Positions 38,982-49,108 of a stretch of 64,000 bases of DNA are shown here, one piece after another. The DNA is from Yuukianura sp. NJ FZ-2021. Lineage: Eukaryota. How positions within the stretch are numbered: the first letter of the stretch is position 1; each line of letters begins with the position of its first letter. The stretch lies in NCBI GenBank assembly GCA_046563655.1, contig CM102290.1, forward strand, positions 7,936,001 through 8,000,000, in the 5' to 3' direction. The notes under the pieces were generated by a model, which saw nothing but the letters and a program-made list of their open reading frames with translations, had not been told where the DNA came from and searched no databases. The translations under genes and the position numbers were made by a program.

Positions 38982-40528
38982 TTAGAATTCACCAGAATCA
39001 GCATCACTCGGAGTCTCGTAGGTAACATCTCCGCATGGAATCGATTCTTCTTTGATTGTTGGTAGTACTTGGACAGTCTTCCCAACAAACCGATTTGCCA
39101 TACAAAGTCGATTACCAAATGCTCCAACTACACCGGCATCATCTTCCTCGCTCTCAGAATCCGTGACTTCGATGTCTTCCGGTAGAATCGGACGCGGTGT
39201 TAGCTGCAGTTCCGGGTACGGAACAACTTCTTCGATCGGAGTTGTGCCAGTTGCTGCGTGTTTCAAACCGGGACCGAAGAAAGGTACTTGGTGATCCTAC
39301 AATATAATTTGATGATTAAATATGGTATAATTCTATAATTTGATTGATAGTTCGTATTATTTTACTTACACGTTTAATGACTCGAAAGATGCGATGGAGC
39401 AGTGAAGCCATCTCTGGAGCCTGATCAGGCTTGCTGTCTTCCTCAACGCACATCGAAAGGATTTGATCCAGCTTCTTTTCAAGCGCCGTTCGTTCGATTA
39501 CAACTTGACTCAGTACGTCCCCAACGAGCTTGACCTAATTCAACAAGCAATCAATTAATTGAACCGCACTGATCACTTCTAAATTTTCCTATTAATTGTG
39601 TTGTCTTTGTTACCTGACAGTTTAGCTCGTTCAGTTTTTCATGGACACCAACCATTTGCGGCACCACATGCTTCGGAGCTGAGGTAAACCCTGGGAGCAA
39701 ACCTTTGTTTGAAATGTCACCGATCAATGCTCCAGCAGTTTCCGGCCGGCGTGTCACAAGTTGAGTTGGAAGAGTAGACAATTTCTTGGCTTGCTCGTTG
39801 TGGCTTCGGTCGCCTGAGGAAGCTCTCGGAATTTGTGATCGGCCACGCCCAGCACTTGAGAGAGTCGATCTGTCAGGCGGTGGTGGTGGTGGAGCCACTG
39901 GTTCTGGACGACGATACACGTAGTTGGCGTCGTAGAACATCTTAAACCATTGAGCAAAGTCGTAATTGTCATTGTATCGACCCTTGACCAGCTTCTCGAT
40001 CGGGATAGCCTGTTCACCAAATCAAAATAAATTAGCATTGCCATTTTGGGAGCTAAATACGAGCGATGTACTCACACGATCGACACCACAGCTGTTGAAC
40101 GCCATTTGCAAGATTTTGAAGTTCATGATGTACTCGTTCTCCAATTTCGCGTCGTACTTAACCCGTTTCAGCTGAACAGTCCCACCTCACAACGAAAATC
40201 AGAAAGTCAGTTAAGTGCTTACTTAACATTAATCATGAATGTAACTGAATATTAATGTCATCGCTGTCTTACTTCCGAAGAGATGATCCATCAGTCGACA
40301 ATAGGCTGCTCCGCTGCAGAGTTCTTCTACTTTTCGGATATCGGTTGTCAGCGTATTGTTAATCCAGCTCAAAATCTCGTGGCGACTCACAGGGTCAGCG
40401 GTGATGTTGGTGTGTACAATGTTAATGGCCTTCTTCCCGGCAGTCTAGAACAAGAGCAACGATTAATGACAAAAGTAATAGTAAATAATCGCAGGATTTG
40501 CAACGACGTAGAATAGTCTTACCTCCAT
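38982..40528 (-). CDS. Divergent EB1/MAPRE-family microtubule plus-end protein, copy 1, 387 aa. Exons 40528-40523, 40444-40273, 40185-40076, 40009-39614, 39534-39370, 39296-38982
   Basis: CH domain [13 protein letters not shown]...[19 protein letters not shown]...[17 protein letters not shown]...[29 protein letters not shown]; coiled-coil/EBH-like segment; acidic tail ending GEF*. The frame is open throughout. Confidence 0.85.
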
Positions 40529-40805
40529 GATTCACTGTTCTGTTACGCTAGTTCCAAAGATGGACCAATTGACTTGATCGACGAACGCAAGTTTCAAATT
40601 AGTTGAAGAAAAGTTCAGGATTTGTAGCAGCACTTTTACAGACGTCCGCTCGCCTCGGAGGTCGAAGAGTGAATTACCGAAAAACCGCGTTTTTTTTTCT
40701 CTTCCGTTGCAGGTCAATGACCTCTTGTGGGTGTTTGTTATTCCGCGCCCCTCCTCCCCTCCACTATTTCATTACCAGAGTAACGTGGAAGACAAAGAAA
40801 GAATC

Positions 40806-41382
40806 ACATAGATGGGCATAAATTAAATAAACTAATTTCATAATTACTTTTAAAATTAGGTTATACTGGGAATAAAAACAATACTGGGAACGTTGCCTCC
40901 CGGGAAAGAACTCTACGAAATCTATTTACTTTGAATACATACAATACCTTATGAATTTTTAAACCTGCTGCGGCAGGTGAAAGTGAAAAATATGAAAGTA
41001 TGAATAAAGTCTTACATTAGGATAAAAAAAAAAACTTTTAAAATTACTTAAAAATCTCCAAATTACTTTTAAAATTATTTAGTAAATTTAAATAAAAATT
41101 TTATTAATATGAAATAATTTTTTTAATGTTTTTAGTGATGGTTAGTAAAGGCGTTTTGATTTTCCAAAAAAAAAAAAACTAAAAAACTACACCTGCCATT
41201 GGCAGGTGCATGTTTAAATTTGTCAAAGTTTTAATAAAATCTTTAGACTAAAAAACATTAAAAAAATATTTCATATTAATAAAATTTAATTTATTAAATA
41301 ATTTTGAAAGTAATTTGGAGATTTTTAAGTAATTTTAAAAATAATTATGAAATTAGTTTATTTAATTTATGCCCATCTATGT
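40806..41382. mobile_element. Foldback/MITE with ~140-bp inverted arms, copy 1; left arm interrupted by a poly(A)-tailed insert
   Basis: acatagatgggcataaattaaataaactaatttcataatta... versus ...taattatgaaattagtttatttaatttatgcccatctatgt; central hairpin cacctgcca-t-tggcaggtg. Confidence 0.85.
40859..41033 (+). mobile_element. 175-bp retroposed fragment (3' end of a LINE or mRNA) with a 13-bp TSD
   Basis: ACTTTTAAAATTA at 40846-40858 and 41034-41046; AATAAA at 41003-41008; A-run at 41024-41034; absent from copy 2 and from the opposite arm of the same element. Confidence 0.8.
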
Positions 41383-41586
41383 ATGGATGCACTGGGTGAC
41401 AGGTGAGCACTAGTCTGGAATCCCACTCTTAGGTTCGGCAACAAGAAAAATCCAATTATTAAGTTTAGGAGTAAGTTAATTTGTTAGTAGTTTGTTAGTT
41501 AATTGATTAAGCAACTTTAACTACTGATATTATCTATTGATTTTAGAGAATTCAAGCTACTGAGGAACCAGTTCACCAGCGTCAAA

Positions 41587-43176
41587 ATGCGGTTTAAATG
41601 GAATCGATTCAAGTCACTGTTAAATACAACAACTCCAGGCAGGAAGCTGCATTCCTCGTTTATACTCTTGAGCAAATCTCCGCCATCATCTATGCAAAGC
41701 CAGAGCAAAAAGGAAATCGTTATTCCTCCGAAGATTGACCGTGGACCTACTGATATATTAAAGGTAATTTTTAATTTAATAGTATTGGTTCAGTTTTGCT
41801 TGATTCCGAGGAATGAATCCAAGCAAAAGGTGTCTACTAGAAATATGTTTGACTTTTATAGGCTTTAGCAAGTACGATTGGGCGTACTATACTGCCACGC
41901 ATTACAGATATCACGATGACCCATACCTTATTCCTATTTCAAATTTGTCGAAACGAAGTTATGCACTTTCGAAGGAGTCGGGAAGGAAAGCAGCGAGATG
42001 GATTCGGTAACAACATGCGGATTTATTTCAGCATCGTGTAGCTGAACCACCAGTCGAGGTCATAACAAATTCGACTCATTTTTGTAGTGTTTTTAGGTTA
42101 GTCTACTTATGTCTATCTAATTTTTAAAAATTGATTTACAGGCGTACTATCCAACACCAGTATTTTCTGAAGATTCGGTTGTTGACGAAAAAATTTTGAA
42201 ATCTCTTATCACGGATTCTCATGTCACGGATGCAATAAACGTTTACGATAAGCTTCAACTCAAAGGGACAGGTGAACCTAGCGAATTGTTCATTACTAAA
42301 AAATCGAAGTGTAAATGCCTTTATCTTACTTCCTCTACATTTTATAGAAATAAGTCGAGAGACAAAACAAAACCTGCTTGAACTCCTAGCTTACTACAAT
42401 GAGACTGAACCGCTTGACGAAGAGTGGATAGAGGAGCGCTGGTACAAAGCTGGAATGACTGGAAAGGAACGAGTTAGAAATACATGGAAGTAAGAAGGCC
42501 AATTTCCCTGAGGTGTTAGAATCCTAGTTATTAGTTTGAATTGTATTTTGTAGAGAAAATGGTCTTGCGGAGAAAATTTTTAAGGAGCTGGATCCTGCTG
42601 ATGCTGCTGCATATTGTGCATTGATTAGAGGCAGAGCAAAATATTACCAGGTAAAGACAGAAATTGTAATCGACTTAGTCATTTACATAGTACCGTGCAG
42701 GGATTTGTTGATTAACTTATGTATTTGTCCTTGTGTAGGTTTAGGTTGACAAAGCATGGCATCTTCTAAGAGAAGCGCAGGCGAAATCGTTTACACCAGA
42801 TATTGAAACGTACAACTCGCTGATTAGGATTGTTAACATGAGTCGGGACAATGGTGACCTTAGATGGCAGTTACTGCAAGTAAATTGAAATCATTTAATT
42901 TACGTTCATTTGAACTTAAACTTGATTATTTTGTCAATGTAATATGTGTTGAAGTCTACCATCTTCTTTTCTTATAGGAGTTGCTCGAAGAAATAAATGC
43001 TTGTGGGCTAACACCGAACTTGGGTACGCTGAATTCGATTTTGGAAACTTTAAGTACGATGGGATCTCGACAAGCAAAAACCTTGAGCTTGGCATTTCTG
43101 TCGGAGTTCAAAGAACTTGGAATTCAACCTTGTCTTGCATCGTACTATTACGTCCTGATTGCTCATTGCAAAGAAC
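41587..43176 (+). pseudogene. PTCD3: PTCD3 (mS39) 5' exons, copy 1; frameshift at ~41886 and premature TAA at 42008-42010
   Basis: IVIPPKIDRGPTDILKALASTIGR-[1-nt deletion]-YTATHYRYHDDPYLIP...ESGRKAARWIR*QHADLFQHRVAEP...PPR-like repeats...CLASYYYVLIAHCKE. Confidence 0.88.
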
Positions 43177-43196
43177 GTACGTTAAATCAATACATG

Positions 43197-43758
43197 CATG
43201 TCTTCCGTGTCCGCCTCACTACGTTTGGGAAAGGAAAGAAGAAAAGTGCAAAGGCTGTTGCCATCGAGAAGCCCACAGCAGGCACTATTTGGATAGCAAA
43301 AGACTATCCACCATGGCAGCGTATCGTTATTGATCACCTAGTTGAAGAATTGAAAGCATCGTCAACGATTGACAACAAGAAAGTTGCTGCTGCTCTTGCT
43401 CGAGTCGAAGGTCTGAAGAAGCATCAGAAAAAAGTTATGCCATTTGTACAGAGAATCAAAGAGAGAATCGACCAGGACGGGAATGCAAACGGACTCAAAG
43501 GCGTTCTGGAGTTTGATGAAGCGGAAGTTCTTACACGGAACTTGTCATACCTAACGTCTACTTTGGACGTAAGAGTAAAACTTTTAGAAGTGCACTTTTA
43601 GAAGCCATTGTAACTGACTCCTAACGGTAATTTTCTATTTCCAGTTGAAAACACTTGTAATTCGACCTGTGGATGAAGCGGAAGAGAATATCCGGGAAGA
43701 ATGCTGTCCTGGAAAGCCGTTGATTATGTACACATCCGATGAACCCGTCTTAGCATAA
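43197..43758 (+). pseudogene. LARS1: Duplicated 3' fragment of LARS (most of exon 9 plus exon 10), lying inside the reconstituted PTCD3 intron
   Basis: Near-identical to 37287-37847; lacks the exon 9 acceptor; has 6 A's (open frame) where the full-length gene has 5. Confidence 0.9.
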
Positions 43759-43914
43759 ACAATTGTGAAGAACAAGCTGAGAAGTACTCTCAGTTGAAAC
43801 TTTCTAAAGAAATACATACGAATTAAATCAATACATGCATATTACAACACTTACAAATGCTACAGTATTTATTACACTACACCATTCTCATAAAACTATT
43901 CGTCTTCCTTGTAG

Positions 43915-44470
43915 GAGGCCCAGTTAGTTCAATTTTAGTGGACATCCTAAACGAAATCCAAGGAAAGAGTTTTACAATTCAGGATTTCAAAGACACTTCT
44001 TTCTTCGTCTCAGCCATGGAAATTTGTCGTTACCACTTACAAGATTTAGACTTGGCTAACCGATTGAACCAACTCCTTCATATCGGCGATAACTACGATC
44101 TAATCGGAGATTCCTATAAGGAATCTGTGTACTAGTGAGTTTGAGTTACATGATAACTGTTTTTCATACAGAATAGCTTGTTTTTAAAACTTTGCTTATT
44201 TTTCAGTCGACACTTTATGGGGCTGAAATGCATTTCCGAACCGCTGGACACCTTTATGGAATTTTATGATAAGTTTGTTCCGAATATCTACACTCCAGAG
44301 CCGCAGATCATTGAGGTAAGAGGCTACTTTTCCGACGTTGAGTAACTGAATGCTAACAAACTCGTACATTTCTAGGAAATTTTAAAATCTGTTCAAATCA
44401 ATGAGGGATTTGAGCACATTCCTCGTATTTGGTCTGACATGATCATCTTTGAGCAAACACATCGAGATTC
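43915..44470 (+). pseudogene. PTCD3: PTCD3 internal/3' exons, copy 2 (truncated)
   Basis: Duplicate of 38004-38560. Confidence 0.8.
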
Positions 44471-44890
44471 GAGAAGCTCTCGTTACACTTCTTGTTGCCA
44501 TTATTATTCACAAAAAACCAACAACTCAAAAAGTGCCACTGCGGCCTAACTTCTAGTTAATTTAAGGTACACTTTTCAACATTTAGTAAAAAAAACGTAT
44601 ATTGAAATGGACTACGTTAATGTTAATATTATCAAAACAGCACGGTGAAGTCATTATGGTACTTACAAAATTTTTTTAACAATTAATCAGTCAAGTACAA
44701 GATTATGAAATTTTTTCTTTTTTTATATAAATTCAGTAATCAATCAAATATTATTGATTACAATACGTTTTTTGACAATCGAGAAATTATAGCTAGCATT
44801 TTAGCTCATGATTAGCATTGGATTGCATAAATTATTTCAGTTGAGATTTGTGTGTTTTGTTTAGACGTGCTTGTTGCGTAGTATTGACTG

Positions 44891-46437
44891 TTAGAATTCA
44901 CCAGAATCAGCATCACTCGGAGTCTCGTAGGTAACATCTCCGCATGGAATCGATTCTTCTTTGATTGTTGGTAGTACTTGGACAGTCTTCCCAACAAACC
45001 GATTTGCCATACAAAGTCGATTACCAAATGCTCCAACTACACCGGCATCATCTTCCTCGCTCTCAGAATCCGTGACTTCGATGTCTTCCGGTAGAATCGG
45101 ACGCGGTGTTAGCTGCAGTTCCGGGTACGGAACAACTTCTTCGATCGGAGTTGTGCCAGTTGCTGCGTGTTTCAAACCGGGACCGAAGAAAGGTACTTGG
45201 TGATCCTACAATATAATTTGATGATTAAATATGGTATAATTCTATAATTTGATTGATAGTTCGTATTATTTTACTTACACGTTTAATGACTCGAAAGATG
45301 CGATGGAGCAGTGAAGCCATCTCTGGAGCCTGATCAGGCTTGCTGTCTTCCTCAACGCACATCGAAAGGATTTGATCCAGCTTCTTTTCAAGCGCCGTTC
45401 GTTCGATTACAACTTGACTCAGTACGTCCCCAACGAGCTTGACCTAATTCAACAAGCAATCAATTAATTGAACCGCACTGATCACTTCTAAATTTTTCTA
45501 TTAATTGTGTTGTCTTTGTTACCTGACAGTTTAGCTCGTTCAGTTTTTCATGGACACCAACCATTTGCGGCACCACATGCTTCGGAGCTGAGGTAAACCC
45601 TGGGAGCAAACCTTTGTTTGAAATGTCACCGATCAATGCTCCAGCAGTTTCCGGCCGGCGTGTCACAAGTTGAGTTGGAAGAGTAGACAATTTCTTGGCT
45701 TGCTCGTTGTGGCTTCGGTCGCCTGAGGAAGCTCTCGGAATTTGTGATCGGCCACGCCCAGCACTTGAGAGAGTCGATCTGTCAGGCGGTGGTGGTGGTG
45801 GAGCCACTGGTTCTGGACGACGATACACGTAGTTGGCGTCGTAGAACATCTTAAACCATTGAGCAAAGTCGTAATTGTCATTGTATCGACCCTTGACCAG
45901 CTTCTCGATCGGGATAGCCTGTTCACCAAATCAAAATAAATTAGCATTGCCATTTTGGGAGCTAAATACGAGCGATGTACTCACACGATCGACACCACAG
46001 CTGTTGAACGCCATTTGCAAGATTTTGAAGTTCATGATGTACTCGTTCTCCAATTTCGCGTCGTACTTAACCCGTTTCAGCTGAACAGTCCCACCTCACA
46101 ACGAAAATCAGAAAGTCAGTTAAGTGCTTACTTAACATTAATCATGAATGTAACTGAATATTAATGTCATCGCTGTCTTACTTCCGAAGAGATGATCCAT
46201 CAGTCGACAATAGGCTGCTCCGCTGCAGAGTTCTTCTACTTTTCGGATATCGGTTGTCAGCGTATTGTTAATCCAGCTCAAAATCTCGTGGCGACTCACA
46301 GGGTCAGCGGTGATGTTGGTGTGTACAATGTTAATGGCCTTCTTCCCGGCAGTCTAGAACAAGAGCAACGATTAATGACAAAAGTAATAGTAAATAATCG
46401 CAGGATTTGCAACGACGTAGAATAGTCTTACCTCCAT
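44891..46437 (-). CDS. Divergent EB1/MAPRE-family protein, copy 2
   Basis: Same exon structure as copy 1 at offset 5909. Confidence 0.85.
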
Positions 46438-46716
46438 GATTCACTGTTCTGTTACGCTAGTTCCAAAGATGGACCAATTGACTTGATCGACGAACGCAAG
46501 TTTCAAATTAGTTGAAGAAAAGTTCAGGATTTGTAGCAGCACTTTTACAGACGTCCGCTCGCCTCGGAGGTCGAAGAGTGAATTACCGAAAAACCGCGGC
46601 TTTTTTTTGCTCTTCCGTTGCAGGTCAATGACCTCTTGTGGGTGTTTGTTATTCCGCGCCCCTCCTCCCCTCCACTATTTCATTACCAGAGTAACGTGGA
46701 AGACAAAGAAAGAATC

Positions 46717-47105
46717 ACATAGATGGGCATAAATTAAATAAACTAATTTCATAATTACTTTTAAAATTACTTAAAAATCTCCAAATTACTTTTAAAATTA
46801 TTTAGTAAATTTAAATAAAAATTTTATTAATATGAAATAATTTTTTTAATGTTTTTAGTGATGGTTAGTAAAGGCGTTTTGATTTTCCAAAAAAAAAAAA
46901 ACTAAAAAACTACACCTGCCATTGGCAGGTGCATGTTTAAATTTGTCAAAGTTTTAATAAAATCTTTAGACTAAAAAACATTAAAAAAATATTTCATATT
47001 AATAAAATTTAATTTATTAAATAATTTTGAAAGTAATTTGGAGATTTTTAAGTAATTTTAAAAATAATTATGAAATTAGTTTATTTAATTTATGCCCATC
47101 TATGT
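46717..47105. mobile_element. Foldback/MITE, copy 2 (uninterrupted)
   Basis: Same termini and central hairpin as 40806-41382, without the insertion. Confidence 0.85.
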
Positions 47106-47309
47106 ATGGATGCACTGGGTGACAGGTGAGCACTAGTCTGGAATCCCACTCTTAGGTTCGGCAACAAGAAAAATCCAATTATTAAGTTTAGGAGTAAGTT
47201 AATTTGTTAGTAGTTTGTTAGTTAATTGATTAAGCAACTTTAACTACTGATATTATCTATTGATTTTAGAGAATTCAAGCTACTGAGGAACCAGTTCACC
47301 AGCGTCAAA

Positions 47310-48886
47310 ATGCGGTTTAAATGGAATCGATTCAAGTCACTGTTAAATACAACAACTCCAGGCAGGAAGCTGCATTCCTCGTTTATACTCTTGAGCAAAT
47401 CTCCGCCATCATCTATGCAAAGCCAGAGCAAAAAGGAAATCGTTATTCCTCCGAAGATTGACCGTGGACCTACTGATATATTAAAGGTAATTTTTAATTT
47501 AATAGTATTGGTTCAGTTTTGCTTGATTCCGAGGAATGAATCCAAGCAAAAGGTGTCTACTAGAAATATGTTTGACTTTTATAGGCTTTAGCAAGTACGA
47601 TTGGGCGTACTATACTGCCACGCATTACAGATATCACGATGACCCATACCTTATTCCTATTTCAAATTTGTCGAAACGAAGTTATGCACTTTCGAAGGAG
47701 TCGGGAAGGAAAGCAGCGAGATGGATTCGGTAACAACATGCGGATTTATTTCAGCATCGTGTAGCTGAACCACCAGTCGAGGTCATAACAAATTCGACTC
47801 ATTTTTGTAGTGTTTTTAGGTTAGTCTACTTATGTCTATCTAATTTTTAAAAATTGATTTACAGGCGTACTATCCAACACCAGTATTTTCTGAAGATTCG
47901 GTTGTTGACGAAAAAATTTTGAAATCTCTTATCACGGATTCTCATGTCACGGATGCAATAAACGTTTACGATAAGCTTCAACTCAAAGGGACAGGTGAAC
48001 CTAGCGAATTGTTCATTACTAAAAAATCGAAGTGTAAATGCCTTTATCTTACTTCCTCTACATTTTATAGAAATAAGTCGAGAGACAAAACAAAACCTGC
48101 TTGAACTCCTAGCTTACTACAATGAGACTGAACCGCTTGACGAAGAGTGGATAGAGGAGCGCTGGTACAAAGCTGGAATGACTGGAAAGGAACGAGTTAG
48201 AAATACATGGAAGTAAGAAGGCCACTTTCCCTGAGGTGTTAGAATCCTAGTTATTAGTTTGAATTGTATTTTGTAGAGAAAATGGTCTTGCGGAGAAAAT
48301 TTTTAAGGAGCTGGATCCTGCTGATGCTGCTGCATATTGTGCATTGATTAGAGGCAGAGCAAAATATTACCAGGTAAAGACAGAAATTGTAATCGACTTA
48401 GTCATTTACATAGTACCGTGCAGGGATTTGTTGATTAACTTATGTATTTGTCCTTGTGTAGGTTGACAAAGCATGGCATCTTCTAAGAGAAGCGCAGGCG
48501 AAATCGTTTACACCAGATATTGAAACGTACAACGCGCTGATTAGGATTGTTAACATGAGTCGAGACAATGGTGACCTTAGATGGCAGTTACTGCAAGTAA
48601 ATTGAAATCATACGTTCATTTGAACTTAAACCTGATTGTTTTGTCAATGTAATATGTGTTGAAGTCTGCCATCTTACTTTTCTATAGGAGTTGCTCGAAG
48701 AAATAAATGCTTGTGGGCTAACACCGAACTTGGGTACGCTGAATTCGATTTTGGAAACTTTAAGTACGATGGGATCTCGACAAGCAAAAACCTTGAGTTT
48801 GGCATTTCTGTCGGAGTTCAAAGAACTTGGAATTCAACCTTGTCTTGCATCGTACTATTACGTCCTGATTGCTCATTGCAAGGGAC
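47310..48886 (+). pseudogene. PTCD3: PTCD3 5' exons, copy 2; same frameshift (~47609) and stop (47731-47733); breaks off 10 nt into the following intron
   Basis: Duplicate of 41587-43176; after GTACGTTAAA the sequence switches to unique DNA near the DDX49 3' end. Confidence 0.88.
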
Positions 48887-49108
48887 GTACGTTAAACTTG
48901 GTTTTTCAACATTGTACTTTGTTGTACAAACAAGGCATTTCCATTCTAAATTTAGAATGTTTATTTCAAACTGTTAGTGAAACTTTTGATAGAGTTTGTT
49001 CTAGAAAACATTTCGTACCTTATGCTATTCGAGTCGACCGGTTATTTAAAATAAAATTGTAACCAAACAAGTTTTCCTTAAACAGTTCAATAGAACTTGG
49101 TATTACTA

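Larger units (their letters stand above)
37287..48896. repeat. Near-identical tandem segmental duplication: unit 1 ~37287-43196, unit 2 ~43197-48896
   Basis: Identical ORF translations recur at offset ~5910, and at ~5723 after the 188-bp insertion in unit 1. Scattered SNPs and indels distinguish the copies. Confidence 0.97.

Noticed and set aside
42005..42013. TAA in PTCD3 as stop-codon readthrough or recoding
   Set aside because: An upstream frameshift and a truncated 3' end indicate a pseudogene, and TAA is the normal stop in neighbouring genes.
42981..43601. 206-aa ORF as a genuine novel gene
   Set aside because: It is a read-through of a PTCD3 pseudo-exon, 20 nt of intron and a LARS fragment; it starts at TTG within an internal exon.
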